Source: Bradymonadia bacterium (GTDB lineage Bacteria; Myxococcota_A; Bradymonadia; UBA7976; UBA1532). From it: DNA of 64,000 nucleotides. Of this stretch, positions 33,397 through 43,792 are shown piece by piece. Under the pieces are notes generated by a model, which was not told the DNA's origin, did no database searches, and saw only the letters and a list, made by a program, of their open reading frames with translations. Where the stretch lies: positions 384,001 to 448,000 of the forward strand of contig JBKAGE010000035.1 in the NCBI GenBank assembly GCA_046290225.1. The letters are read 5' to 3'. Positions within the stretch are counted from its first letter, which is position 1. Each line of letters opens with the position of its first letter. The position numbers and the translations under genes are program-made.

Positions 33397-34896
33397 TCAG
33401 GCCTCGGCGGGGGCGGCGCTCTCTTGCACGTCTTGTACGAACCAGTCAGTGCCCGAGGTGCCGTCCATGATGACCACGCCGGCTTCGAGCAGTTCGTCGC
33501 GGATGCCATCAGCAGCAGCCCAGTCTTTGGCCTGACGGGCGTCAAGACGGGCCTGAATACGCTCTTCGATCCACTCGAGAGAGAGCTCACGACGAGCGGC
33601 TGCCTTGGTGCGATGTCGCTCGAGGTAGCTGACGGGGTCGTCGCTGAAGAGGTTGAGTACGGCATCGACCTTGCGCAACGCCTGCATGAGCATGCGAGCC
33701 CCGGCGGCGGCCATGGGCTTGCGCTTGGCCTTCCGGATGGAGGCGAACTCGTTGAGCAGCTTGAAGGCTTCGGCGAGCAGGGCCATGGACTTCGCGGTGT
33801 TGAAGTCGTCATCCATGGCCTCGCGGAACTGGGCCTCGAAGGTCTCGATGAACTTCTGGCCCTCGACGGGCCCGTTGAAGGGCGCGATGTCTTCGGCGAG
33901 CAGCAGGTCCACCTTGCGCAGCGTCTCGTAGAAGTAGCCCATGCGCTGGGCGGCCTCGTTGAGGGTGACGTCGCTGTAGTTGATGGGGTGCCGGTAGTGG
34001 GTGCTCATCAGGAACAACCGCAAGACGAGGGGCTCATAGAGATCGAGCACCTCTCGAATGCTGAAGAAGTTGCCCAGCGATTTGGACATCTTCTCACCAT
34101 CGACGTTCACGAAGCCGTTGTGCAGCCAGTAGCGTACATACTGGTGATTGTGGGCACCCTCGGATTGGGCGATCTCGTTCTCGTGGTGAGGGAACACCAG
34201 ATCGCTGCCGCCACCGTGAATGTCGAGCTCTTCGCCGAGCACGCTCTTGGACATGGCAGAACACTCGATGTGCCACCCGGGCCGACCAGGGCCCCAGGGG
34301 CTGTCCCAAGAGATCTCGCCTTCTTTGGCACCCTTCCATAGAGCGAAGTCCATGGGGTGACGCTTCTTGGTGTCTTCAGCGTTCACCCGACCGGATCGCC
34401 CGGCCTCCATGTCTTCGAGCTTGCGACCGCTGAGCTTGCCGTACCCTTCGAACTTTTCCACGGCGTAGTACACGTCGCCCTCGGAGGCGTACGCCATGTC
34501 GTTGTCGATGAGCTGCTGCACAAGGGCGATGATCTCGGGGATGGTGCCGCTTACCCGTGGCTCGTGATCAGGCCGGGCCACACCCAGATCGTCCATGTCG
34601 CGATGGAATGACTGGATGTTGGTCTCAGCGAGATCGAGAGGGGGTACACCCTGCTCTGCTGCACGCTTGATGATCTTGTCGTCGACGTCGGTAAAGTTCC
34701 GAACGTAGGTGACCTCGTAGTTGGCGTACTTGAGGTAGCGGAACACGACATCGAAGGCGACGTAACAGCGGGCATGTCCCATATGGCTGTGGTCATAGGG
34801 GGTGACCCCGCAGACGTACATGCGCACCTTGCCCGGCTCGATGGGCTCGAAGGGGACTTTGGCGTGACCCAGGGAGTTGTAGACCTTCAACGTCAT
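33397..34896 (-). CDS. cysS: Cysteinyl-tRNA synthetase
   Basis: Start ATG 34896. YVCGVTPYDHSHMGH, NFTDVDDKII, DFALWK, GRPGWHIECSAM, FPHHENE, KMSKSLGN. Confidence 0.99.
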   Translation of the reverse strand: MTLKVYNSLGHAKVPFEPIEPGKVRMYVCGVTPYDHSHMGHARCYVAFDVVFRYLKYANYEVTYVRNFTDVDDKIIKRAAEQGVPPLDLAETNIQSFHRDMDDLGVARPDHEPRVSGTIPEIIALVQQLIDNDMAYASEGDVYYAVEKFEGYGKLSGRKLEDMEAGRSGRVNAEDTKKRHPMDFALWKGAKEGEISWDSPWGPGRPGWHIECSAMSKSVLGEELDIHGGGSDLVFPHHENEIAQSEGAHNHQYVRYWLHNGFVNVDGEKMSKSLGNFFSIREVLDLYEPLVLRLFLMSTHYRHPINYSDVTLNEAAQRMGYFYETLRKVDLLLAEDIAPFNGPVEGQKFIETFEAQFREAMDDDFNTAKSMALLAEAFKLLNEFASIRKAKRKPMAAAGARMLMQALRKVDAVLNLFSDDPVSYLERHRTKAAARRELSLEWIEERIQARLDARQAKDWAAADGIRDELLEAGVVIMDGTSGTDWFVQDVQESAAPAEA

Positions 34897-35075
34897 GGTT
34901 CTGATGCCTCGGCCTCCGGTCAGGAGGCTCTTTGTTGGTTCTGCGCCCTCAACCATCACTCGGCTGAGGGGCTCGACATGATAGGGGACTCGTCAATGCG
35001 GAGCAATCGCAGGGGATTCCCCCGCGATTGCTCTGTGAGGTGTGGTTTAATGCCGAGGTCCGTGTTTGAGGGAGG

Positions 35076-36005
35076 TTGATGCGCCACTGTCCGTCTTGCG
35101 GCCGAGATTTGAAGGGGGCTCGCCGCCGCTGTCCTTATTGTGGAGTGCCTCTGCCCATGGAGGGTCAGACGCTCGTGCAGCCCACGCTGCCACGGGGCAT
35201 TACGCCTGGTGAAGGCAGCACGCTCAGGGAAGGCAGCACTGCTGACGAGCATGTGGACGGCTCTACCCTCACCGAGACTGCTCAGAGCAGTCGTGGTATT
35301 CTCGGCACCCTGGTCGGGATGCCCACGATGCCCAAATCCCCTGATGGGACCCTTGGCGCGAAGGTTCAGGGGCCGCCTCCACGGGTGGGCCCGCCCGGTA
35401 AAGACGCCACCCTCGAGATGAGCCCCATCGAGCGTCCTCGGCCCCGGGCCCGATTCGAAACTCGACCTCTGGGTACGCCCAAAGAGCTTGCTCAGACGAT
35501 GATCCGCGATGATGACGGCACTGAGCCTGTATCGGCACCGATTCATTTGCTCACTGAGCCCGCCAACAGCACGCGCCCGACCCTCCAGGCCCCCCCAGTG
35601 CCAGTGTCCACGAAGCTCGACCAGACCGATCCGGTGAACCTCACCGAGGCAGAGGTTCGGGCCATGGCGGCTGATACCCCTGTCGAGCCTTCGCCATCAC
35701 CTACGCCCTCCAAGCCCAAAGCCAAACCGGGCATTCATACGGCGCCGACTCAGCAAATGGCTCGGATCCGACCTGCCCAAACGCCCCCACCTGATGCTGC
35801 TCGGGTGGCGCGGCCGATGACCCCGGAAGAGCAGGAGAAGCATCGCGAGGCCCGGGCCCGTCGCGAAGCGATGGACATGACCCAGCAGCTGCCCCGGATC
35901 CCAGAGAGCCAGAAGAAGCCCATTGATCAGCGCCCCTTGATCATGGCCCTCGCTGTCGTGGGCGCGGCTCTCTGTGGCGCCCTCATGTACTTTGTCGTGG
36001 AATAG
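35076..36005 (+). CDS. Zinc-ribbon, Pro/Thr-rich protein with C-terminal membrane anchor
   Basis: CPSC..CPYC N-terminus, disordered middle, LIMALAVVGAALCGALMYFVV tail. Confidence 0.7.
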   Translation: MMRHCPSCGRDLKGARRRCPYCGVPLPMEGQTLVQPTLPRGITPGEGSTLREGSTADEHVDGSTLTETAQSSRGILGTLVGMPTMPKSPDGTLGAKVQGPPPRVGPPGKDATLEMSPIERPRPRARFETRPLGTPKELAQTMIRDDDGTEPVSAPIHLLTEPANSTRPTLQAPPVPVSTKLDQTDPVNLTEAEVRAMAADTPVEPSPSPTPSKPKAKPGIHTAPTQQMARIRPAQTPPPDAARVARPMTPEEQEKHREARARREAMDMTQQLPRIPESQKKPIDQRPLIMALAVVGAALCGALMYFVVE

Positions 36006-36163
36006 CGACGTCCCCCACAGCGATCCAAACGGTAAAGACCAGCGGCACACCAGGGCTGCAGGGCACAAATGAAGATCTGCTTGAGCAGTGGGTCTGTATG
36101 TACCCTTCTTTTGAAATCAGGCCCTTGCTACCGTGATTGCCGAGCATTTGAACGAGGTACCCA

Positions 36164-39100
36164 ATGTTGAAACGTCGCCATGTATGGGGGGCCTGCGCGT
36201 CCCTGAGCTTGATGGTGTTCTTTGGCTGTGCAGATGGGGGAGATCCTGTGGGTGCCTCCGACACGGATGCCATGGCCCCCCGAGACACCGGCCCACCCAT
36301 CAGACCTGATGCTTCTCTCGTCTTCAGACCCGACGCTGCGATGCTCGGTGCCTTCGGTGATCCGTGTCGCAGTGGGGCTGAGTGTGCTTCAGGCTTCTGT
36401 ATCGAAGCCCCTGCCGGTGGAAAGGTGTGCACCGAGCGCTGTGTGGGCGGTGAGTGTCCAGAGGGCTTCGAGTGTACTCCCGTTGATTCTGATGGTGCCG
36501 ATCGCGACTTCTACTGTCTCGCTGATCGCCCTGATCTCTGTCGTCGGTGCGCTTCGGATCGCGAGTGCGACGACAATGAAGATCTCTGCCTGCAAATTGG
36601 CTTGAGCACCTGGTGTGGTGAGGACTGCTCCCGCACGGGAGTTTGCCCTGATGGTTACGAGTGTGTCGATGTCATCGGGCGTCAGATCGCCGACGAGATC
36701 GAGGATCTCGATGCTGGGGTAGGGGATGCTGGCTTGACCTTCCGCCAGTGTGTGCCCGTGGAGCGGGCCTGCGCGCCGTGCACTGATGCTGATGGCGATG
36801 GGTACGGTGATGGCGATGATTGCCTGGGCTTCGACTGCAACGACAACGATCCTCTGACCCACGAGGGGGCGCCGGAGCTGTGTGATGGTCGCGACAACAA
36901 CTGCAACTCCCTGGTGGACGAGCCAGAGTCGCTGACCACGCCCCCTGCAGACATGACCTGTCTCAGCGACGGGGTCTGCCTCGGCAGTGTGGTCATCTGC
37001 TTGGAGGGTGGCTGGGCCTGTAACTACCCTGAGGTCTACGAGAGCCCCGCCGAGCTCAGCTGTGACGGGCTCGACAACGATTGTGATGGTACAGCCGACG
37101 ACGACTTTGATCTCCAGGTCGACAACGCCAACTGCGGATTCTGTGGCAACGCGTGCACCTATGAGAACGCTGAAGGCCTCTGCGAAGCGGGTCAGTGTCT
37201 GCTCGGGCCCTGTGAAGAGGGCTTCCACAACAACGACGGCATCATCGAAAACGGTTGTGAGTACGTCTGCGTGATCACCCAGGAAGGCGTAGAGGCCTGC
37301 GACGAGGTGGACAACGACTGTGACGGGCAGACCGATGAGGACTTCGACGTACAGACAGATGTGGCCCATTGCGGCGCCTGCAACAGCGCCTGTGATTTTC
37401 CTCGGGCCATGCCGGTGTGCGCCGAGGGTGCTTGTGCCATTGAAGCGTGCGAAGCGGGATGGGTCGATCTTGATGGTGAGCTGGCCAACGGTTGCGAGTT
37501 CGAGTGTGCGCCGAGCAATGGCGGGGTCGAAGCCTGTGACGAGGTGGACAACGACTGTGATGGGCAGACCGATGAGGACTTCGATCTGCAGATCAGCCTC
37601 GATCACTGCGGCGCCTGTAACGCGGTGTGTGCCTTCGCCAACGCCAACCCGCTGTGTGCCGCTGGTGATTGCCAGCTCGAGTCGTGTCAGCTGGGCTGGT
37701 TCGATGCCAACAACAGCATCGACGATGGCTGCGAGTATGCCTGTGTGCTCACCAACAATGGTGCCGAGGCCTGTGACGAGGTGGACAACGACTGCGATGC
37801 TCGGACCGACGAGGACTATGATCTGAGCTCGGACGTGCAGAACTGTGGTCAGTGCCGAAACCAGTGCTTCTTCGCCAACGCAGCCTCTGCCTGTGAGGAT
37901 GGCGGGTGTGTACTCGCGGCCTGCAACGAGGGCTTCTTCAACATCGATGGTCGGCTGGACAATGGCTGCGAATATGCCTGTGTGCCGAGCAACGGTGGTG
38001 TCGAGATCTGCGACGAGGTGGACAACGACTGTGATGGGCAGACCGACGAAGATTTCAACCTGCTCTCCGACGTCGACAACTGCAACCGGTGTGGGAACGC
38101 ATGTGCCCTGCCCAACGCCTTCAATCGCTGTGTCACCGGCGCCTGCCGCATTGCCCAGTGCCAGGAGAACTTCTACGACATCGACGGGATTCTGGAGAAC
38201 GGCTGTGAGTACAGCTGCGCGCTGACGAACGGCGGTGTCGAGGTTTGCGACAACATCGACAACAACTGCGATGGCCAGGTGGATGAGGTCTTCGACTTCG
38301 ACGTGAGCCTGGAGCATTGCGGTGGGTGCAACCAGGCCTGCGAGCGTGACGGCGCGACGGCGGTCTGCTTTGGTGGGAACTGCCGACTCGACACCTGCCT
38401 CGAGGGTTTTGAAGATCGCGACGGCCTCGAAGAGAACGGCTGCGAGTTCGAGTGTCAGGACGAAGACTGGCCCGACGCCGAGGGCATCGACGCCAACTGT
38501 GATGGCATCGATGGTGACATCTCTGATGCTGTCTTCGTTTCAGCTGACGGTCGCCCCGGCGCTGCGGGCACCATCGACGACCCCTTCGACAGCATCAATG
38601 CCGCCATCACCCGGGCCGAGGACCTGGACATGCATCAGGTGCTGGTCTCCAGCGGGACCTACTCAGGCATCGTCGTGGTGCGCAACGGCGTGGGTGTGTA
38701 CGGCGGGTACGATGCCATGGGTGGCTGGCGGCGAAACTTCGGTGCCTTCATCAGCCGCATCGAAGGGGCCGGCTTCGGCATGATCATCGCCAACATCGAC
38801 GAGCGCACTGACGTACAGGGCATGCACATCACCAGCCTCGACGCTGCGGTCTCAGGGCAGTCGGTCTACGGCGTGTATGTCCGTGATGCCGTCGAGGGGG
38901 CGCTGACCCTGTCTCACAACGTGATCTCCTCCGGTGACGGCGGCAACGGGACGGGTGGCCGGGACGCGACGTTCCAGCCCTCCGCTGATCTCAACGGTGG
39001 GGCTGGCACCAACGGCCAGAACGGCGACGATGGCGGGAGCAGCAACGGCAACGGTGGGCCTGGGGGCACCTCGAGCTGCAACCGGACCGGCGGCAACGGC

Positions 39101-39919
39101 GGTCGTGGCGGTTATGGCAACGGTAACAGCGGTGTTGGCGGCACAGGCGTCGGTGGCACCTCTGGCGGTGTGGCGCGGAGCGCGGGGTGCAGCAACCCTG
39201 GCGATGCAGGTCGAGACGGGGCCAACGGTGGCAACGGCGCCCACGGAAGCGCGGGCAATGGCAACGGCCAGGTCATCAACGACTTGTGGATCGGCAACGC
39301 AGGGACCTCGGGCCGTATCGGCAGCCATGGCAATGGTGGCGGCGGCGGCAGCGGTGGCGCCGGTGTGAGCAGCTGCCATCGTTGTGGTCTCGAGCCCTGT
39401 GACCTCGACTTCGTGGGGTGTGTGTGCAACGCGGATCGCGGCGGCGGTGGCGGCGGCGGTGGTGCTGGCGGTTGCGGTGGCAACGGCGCCTCTGGTGGGA
39501 CTGCTGGTGGTGGATCCTTCGGCGTGTTCATGGTGCGTGCCGACGTGGAGCTCATCAACAACGAGATCAGCAGTGGCCGTGGCGGTGTCGGCGGTGCCGG
39601 TGGCCGTGGCAACAACGGTGGCGACGGTGGTGGCAATGGCAACCCTGGTGGTGGCCGTGACGACTCCAGTGACGGCGGCCGTGGTGGTCGCGGCGGCGAT
39701 GGTGGCTGTGGCGGCCATGGTGGCGGTGGCAGCGGTGGCGTCAGTTATGCGGTATACACTCGAACTTCTGATCCTGATCTGGCGGGCAACCTCTTCATCC
39801 CCGGCCCTGGTGGCCAGGGGGGTGCTGCCGGATGTGACGACCTGAACGGGCGCTTCTGCTGCGCGCGCCAGGGCAACCCTGGGGCCCGTGGCTTGTCGGC
39901 GCCCCGTGGGGGAGATTGA
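36164..39919 (+). CDS. Large Cys-rich surface lipoprotein with repeated CDxxDNDCDG (MopE-like putative metal-binding) motifs and Gly-rich C-terminus
   Basis: Lipobox FFGC; six 79-aa repeats; GTIDDPFDSINAAI...GTY beta-helix-type start; PGRS-like Gly-rich tail. Confidence 0.85.
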   Translation: MLKRRHVWGACASLSLMVFFGCADGGDPVGASDTDAMAPRDTGPPIRPDASLVFRPDAAMLGAFGDPCRSGAECASGFCIEAPAGGKVCTERCVGGECPEGFECTPVDSDGADRDFYCLADRPDLCRRCASDRECDDNEDLCLQIGLSTWCGEDCSRTGVCPDGYECVDVIGRQIADEIEDLDAGVGDAGLTFRQCVPVERACAPCTDADGDGYGDGDDCLGFDCNDNDPLTHEGAPELCDGRDNNCNSLVDEPESLTTPPADMTCLSDGVCLGSVVICLEGGWACNYPEVYESPAELSCDGLDNDCDGTADDDFDLQVDNANCGFCGNACTYENAEGLCEAGQCLLGPCEEGFHNNDGIIENGCEYVCVITQEGVEACDEVDNDCDGQTDEDFDVQTDVAHCGACNSACDFPRAMPVCAEGACAIEACEAGWVDLDGELANGCEFECAPSNGGVEACDEVDNDCDGQTDEDFDLQISLDHCGACNAVCAFANANPLCAAGDCQLESCQLGWFDANNSIDDGCEYACVLTNNGAEACDEVDNDCDARTDEDYDLSSDVQNCGQCRNQCFFANAASACEDGGCVLAACNEGFFNIDGRLDNGCEYACVPSNGGVEICDEVDNDCDGQTDEDFNLLSDVDNCNRCGNACALPNAFNRCVTGACRIAQCQENFYDIDGILENGCEYSCALTNGGVEVCDNIDNNCDGQVDEVFDFDVSLEHCGGCNQACERDGATAVCFGGNCRLDTCLEGFEDRDGLEENGCEFECQDEDWPDAEGIDANCDGIDGDISDAVFVSADGRPGAAGTIDDPFDSINAAITRAEDLDMHQVLVSSGTYSGIVVVRNGVGVYGGYDAMGGWRRNFGAFISRIEGAGFGMIIANIDERTDVQGMHITSLDAAVSGQSVYGVYVRDAVEGALTLSHNVISSGDGGNGTGGRDATFQPSADLNGGAGTNGQNGDDGGSSNGNGGPGGTSSCNRTGGNGGRGGYGNGNSGVGGTGVGGTSGGVARSAGCSNPGDAGRDGANGGNGAHGSAGNGNGQVINDLWIGNAGTSGRIGSHGNGGGGGSGGAGVSSCHRCGLEPCDLDFVGCVCNADRGGGGGGGGAGGCGGNGASGGTAGGGSFGVFMVRADVELINNEISSGRGGVGGAGGRGNNGGDGGGNGNPGGGRDDSSDGGRGGRGGDGGCGGHGGGGSGGVSYAVYTRTSDPDLAGNLFIPGPGGQGGAAGCDDLNGRFCCARQGNPGARGLSAPRGGD
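37064..38485 (+). repeat. Six intragenic 237-bp repeat units
   Basis: Unit starts at 37064, 37301, 37538, 37775, 38012 and 38249. GACGAGGTGGACAACGACTG is identical in four units. Confidence 0.85.
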
Positions 39920-40422
39920 TGAGCGATCGTATCAGCCGCCCGGTGGCGGAGAGCCAGGCGGAGATGACCCAACTGGTGCTGCCACCTGACACCAATCACC
40001 ACGGCACCATCTTCGGCGGCCGGGTTCTACAGTGGATCGACATCGCCGCAGGCATCTCTGCTCAGAGGCACTGTCGGCAGAAGGTGGTCACGGCAGCCAT
40101 CGACGAGATGCACTTCAACCTGCCCATCAAGCAGGGCGATATTGTCATCTTGCGCTCATCGGTGAACTTCGTGTCGCGATCTTCCATGGAGATCGGCGTA
40201 CGGGTCGAGCGAGAGTCACCGGCCACGGGTCGGCGTTTTCATGCAGCGACGGCCTACCTGACCTTTGTGGCTCTCGATGGTGACGATCATCCTGTCGAGG
40301 TGCCGATGCTGACCCTGCTCACCGATGAAGAGCGTCGTCGGTGGTCCGAAGCCGAGGCGCGCCGTGCTGCTCGTCTCGAGCGTCGCGCTGTGCTGTTGGC
40401 GAAGCAAAAAGCCGAGCAGTAG
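39916..40422 (+). CDS. Acyl-CoA thioesterase (hotdog fold, YciA-like)
   Basis: VLPPDTNHHGTIFGGRVLQWID, RSSMEIGVRV, AYLTFVALD. Confidence 0.93.
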   Translation: MMSDRISRPVAESQAEMTQLVLPPDTNHHGTIFGGRVLQWIDIAAGISAQRHCRQKVVTAAIDEMHFNLPIKQGDIVILRSSVNFVSRSSMEIGVRVERESPATGRRFHAATAYLTFVALDGDDHPVEVPMLTLLTDEERRRWSEAEARRAARLERRAVLLAKQKAEQ

Positions 40423-40428
40423 CACCTG

Positions 40429-41319
40429 GTGCCTGCCCCGCTCCGCCCACCTCCATTGCCCGAGCACCCAGTTGTTCGGGTCGTCCACCCATCTGGCAGC
40501 ATTCGTCCAGCACATCGTCCCCGCCTGCAGGCTGGCGTCGAGGCACTTCGAGCCGCCGGCTGTGAAGTCCGTTGGGCGTCGGATCGCATGTTCGATGTCT
40601 GGCGCGGCTACTACGCTGGCTCTGACGAGGTTCGAGCGCAGGAGTTGATCTCGGCGCTCTCCGAGCCTGGTGTCGACATCATCTGGTGTGCCCGTGGGGG
40701 CTCTGGCGCGGCGCGAGTGACCCCCGAGATCATCAATGCTGCCCGAGGTCTATCGCCGAGGATCCTCGTGGGCTTCAGCGATGTCACCGCCTTGTTGAGT
40801 GGTCTCCAGCGTCATCTTGGTTGGGTCACGTTCCATGGGCCCACCGTGACCCTGCTCGGTGATGATCCGAGCCTGGCTGTACGATCGCTCGATGCGCTGA
40901 GGCGACCTCGATGGTCCGTCACATGCCCGCCTGGACCAGGGCCAGAGCTGAGAGGCGCCATCTTGGGTGGGAACTTGATGGTGCTCGCCTCACTGGCAGG
41001 CACCAAGCTGATGCCTGTCGATTCAGGTTCGATTGTATTGCTCGAAGAGGTGGGTGAGTCCCGCTATCGGATTGATCGAGCGTTCCATCAGCTGCTCCAA
41101 ACCCCATGGCTCCAACACGCTCACGGTGTATGGCTGGGCGATTTGGGCCTCGACGCTGAGAGTACGCTCCAAACCGAGGCCATGGCACTGGATGTCTCAC
41201 CTCTACCCCTGATCACAGGTGCACCGGCTGGTCATCGAGGGCCAGTTCAGATCGTGCCGCTCGGATGGCCTGGGGTCTTGTCGCCGGAACAGGGCATATG
41301 GAGAGGGGACGAGGGTTGA
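40429..41319 (+). CDS. ldcA: LD-carboxypeptidase (peptidase S66)
   Basis: CARGGSG, GFSDVTAL (Ser), GGNL, LLEEVGE (Glu), PAGH (His). Confidence 0.85.
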   Translation: MPAPLRPPPLPEHPVVRVVHPSGSIRPAHRPRLQAGVEALRAAGCEVRWASDRMFDVWRGYYAGSDEVRAQELISALSEPGVDIIWCARGGSGAARVTPEIINAARGLSPRILVGFSDVTALLSGLQRHLGWVTFHGPTVTLLGDDPSLAVRSLDALRRPRWSVTCPPGPGPELRGAILGGNLMVLASLAGTKLMPVDSGSIVLLEEVGESRYRIDRAFHQLLQTPWLQHAHGVWLGDLGLDAESTLQTEAMALDVSPLPLITGAPAGHRGPVQIVPLGWPGVLSPEQGIWRGDEG

Positions 41320-41320
41320 G

Positions 41321-42430
41321 ATGAGCCATTGGATCGGACACATCGACGAAGCCCTGAAGACTGCAGCCCTCCCAGATGCCAAGGGCCTGAGAGTGGCACC
41401 TGCTCTGGCCCTTGGCGTGAGCACGCTCAGAGGTCAATCCCGATGCTGGTACGCGGGGCAGGCGACACCTCACACGATCTTCGATCTCGCTTCCTTGACC
41501 AAACCACTGACCACTCTGTTGTGGGGTTTGAGACTGGTCGAAGCTGGCCGTCTGACGCTGACCGAGCCCATTGGGCGTTGGATCGATGTGAAATCACGAT
41601 CCCTGGCCACGAGCCCGGTGTGGCGTTTGCTCAATCACACCACAGGCCTCGCGGCGCATCGCTGCTACTTCGAAGAGCACGCTTCAGCAGCGCTGGCCGG
41701 CGAGCATCGCAAGGTCTACACCCAGGTGCTGGCGTCGATCAGACAAGACGCTTTGGAGGCTGATCCTGGCGCTCGAGAGCGATACAGCGACTTGGGCTTT
41801 CTATTGCTTGCCGAGCTCTTGGGTCGGGTCGATGGCTCACTTGGCGATGTATGGCCTCAGCTCCCTGGCCATTCACCCTCGGCTCTTCATTTTCGAGCCT
41901 TGGAGCAACCACTCCACGAGGTGGCGCGCTATGCGCCCACCGAGCAGTGTGATTGGCGGGGCCGGTTGCTCCGTGGCGAGGTACACGACGACAACTGCTG
42001 GGCCATGGGTGGCCTCTGCGGACATGCTGGAGCCTTTGGTGATCTAGAGAGTGTGCTCGCTCTGGGGCAGGGGTTTCTCAAGGCCTGGTTGGGGCAGGGG
42101 AGTGATCTGGGTATTTCACCGGAGCTGATGCAGCTCACGTGTGATCGAAGCTGGATGCATCCCAATGGCACTCGGGTGTTGGGCTGGGACACCCCGACAC
42201 CGGGTCGTAGCTCTGCTGGTCAACACATCAGCCTTGGGAGCGTCGGTCATCTGGGATTCACGGGCACATCCATCTGGTTGGACCCCGAGAGGGAGGCCGT
42301 GGTGGTGTTGTTGACCAATCGGGTGAGTCCCACGCGAACAAACACATTGATTCGGCAGTTCAGGCCATTGATCCACGATTTGGTGTGGCAGTGGTTGGAC
42401 GAAGCTCAAAGGATGCGCAGTGACGACTGA
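41321..42430 (+). CDS. Serine hydrolase, beta-lactamase class C-like family
   Basis: Start ATG 41321. FDLASLTKP (SxxK), LLNHTTGL, YSDLGF, GEVHDDN, GHLGFTGTSIWLDP. Confidence 0.9.
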   Translation: MSHWIGHIDEALKTAALPDAKGLRVAPALALGVSTLRGQSRCWYAGQATPHTIFDLASLTKPLTTLLWGLRLVEAGRLTLTEPIGRWIDVKSRSLATSPVWRLLNHTTGLAAHRCYFEEHASAALAGEHRKVYTQVLASIRQDALEADPGARERYSDLGFLLLAELLGRVDGSLGDVWPQLPGHSPSALHFRALEQPLHEVARYAPTEQCDWRGRLLRGEVHDDNCWAMGGLCGHAGAFGDLESVLALGQGFLKAWLGQGSDLGISPELMQLTCDRSWMHPNGTRVLGWDTPTPGRSSAGQHISLGSVGHLGFTGTSIWLDPEREAVVVLLTNRVSPTRTNTLIRQFRPLIHDLVWQWLDEAQRMRSDD

Positions 42431-43241
42431 GATGCCAGGAGGCAGCCTCGAGGCTGATTTGATGGTGGCTCGACATGCGGCAGAGCAAGCAGGTGAGATC
42501 ATCCGCCGGGCTTGGGGCCAGAGCCTGCAAGTGTGGTCAAAGGGCAAGGTTGATCTGGTGACGGAGATCGATCTGGCTGCAGAAAAAGCCATCGTCTCGA
42601 CGCTGCGCAGTCAGCGTCCCGCTGATCGGATAATCGGCGAGGAAGGTGGCCAACAGGAGAGTGGGGGAGGGGCCCGTACCTGGTTTGTCGATCCACTGGA
42701 CGGGACGACAAACTTCAGCCACGGCGTACCTCACTTCTGCGTCTCTGTGGGCCTCGTGGATGATGAGGGCCCTCGAGTGGGGGTGGTGTACGAGCCTCTC
42801 AGGCAATGGTGTTTCTCTGCCCTGCGGGGAGGGGGTGCCTGGCTCAACGGGCAACGCCTCAATGTCAGTACAGCCCCAGATCTTGGCCAGTCGGTGCTGG
42901 CCACCGGCTTCCCCTATAACAAGTGGGTAGAGCCTGATAACAACGGCCATCGATTCACTCATCTGCTGCGCAAGACGCGCGGTCTACGTCGTATGGGCGC
43001 GGCGGCTTTGGATTTGTGTTATGTCGCCGCCGGCTGGTTCGACGGCTACTGGGAGTTCCGTTTGAAACCCTGGGATGTCGCCGCTGGCGTATTGTTGGTC
43101 ACCGAAGCTGGAGGTAAGGTCTCCAGCTTCGAGGGTGGACCCATTGATTTGCAATCTGGTGCCCTCGTCGCCACAAACGGGATGTTTCACGTGGAACTGA
43201 TCAATGCCCTCGCTGAAGCAGAGGAGACCCGCACTTCATGA
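42420..43241 (+). CDS. suhB: Inositol monophosphatase family protein
   Basis: DLVTEID, IGEE, WFVDPLDGTTNFSHG, RRMGAAALDL, LKPWDVAAG. Confidence 0.93.
   Translation: MTTEMPGGSLEADLMVARHAAEQAGEIIRRAWGQSLQVWSKGKVDLVTEIDLAAEKAIVSTLRSQRPADRIIGEEGGQQESGGGARTWFVDPLDGTTNFSHGVPHFCVSVGLVDDEGPRVGVVYEPLRQWCFSALRGGGAWLNGQRLNVSTAPDLGQSVLATGFPYNKWVEPDNNGHRFTHLLRKTRGLRRMGAAALDLCYVAAGWFDGYWEFRLKPWDVAAGVLLVTEAGGKVSSFEGGPIDLQSGALVATNGMFHVELINALAEAEETRTS
43183..43198. promoter_or_regulatory. parS site inside the 3' end of suhB
   Basis: TGTTTCACGTGGAACT, identical to the site at 24615. Confidence 0.8.
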
Positions 43242-43792
43242 GATTTGTCTCTAAACTGGCCCTGGCCGGTACCGCCGCATTTTGGGCGGTCACCCAGACC
43301 GCCTGCACCGACGAGTACACACTGCCCAATGTGGCCCCTGAGGTTCAGGCGATTGCCTATTGCCAGCAGAATGATCGGACCTATCTCGTCCTCGAAGTTT
43401 TCGACATAGAGCGAGATCCAATCGATGTCTCCATTCAGGTCAGTGGAGCGCCCTGTGGCGGCTCATCTTTGGCTGTCGGCCCCACAGGCAGTGGAGTGAT
43501 TGGGTTGAACAGCGAGCGCGCTGATCACCCACGGCGCATCTCTGGTGAGCGCCCCGAAGTTCATCTGATCGAATGGGCCAGTGGGGATGACGTTCAGTAT
43601 CTGTGTGCAGCAGAGCAAGAGACCACAAATTGTTGTGTACTCGAAGCTGCGGCGCCCAACTCCATCGAGGTTCGGCTGTCTGCCACCGACAGTGACAACT
43701 TCAACGAGGCGGAGTGGCAAGGATCCCTTTCGCTCTCCGCTGCTGACTGCACCACCGTGATTGAGGCCATGGCTGATGGCACGCAGGAGTAG
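43238..43792 (+). CDS. Hypothetical lipoprotein
   Basis: Signal peptide ending QTAC; ATGA overlap with suhB. Confidence 0.65.
   Translation: MRFVSKLALAGTAAFWAVTQTACTDEYTLPNVAPEVQAIAYCQQNDRTYLVLEVFDIERDPIDVSIQVSGAPCGGSSLAVGPTGSGVIGLNSERADHPRRISGERPEVHLIEWASGDDVQYLCAAEQETTNCCVLEAAAPNSIEVRLSATDSDNFNEAEWQGSLSLSAADCTTVIEAMADGTQE

Noticed and set aside
41321..42430. Beta-lactam resistance gene
   Set aside because: SxxK hydrolase next to an LD-carboxypeptidase. A peptidoglycan-recycling or esterase role is more likely, and resistance cannot be inferred.
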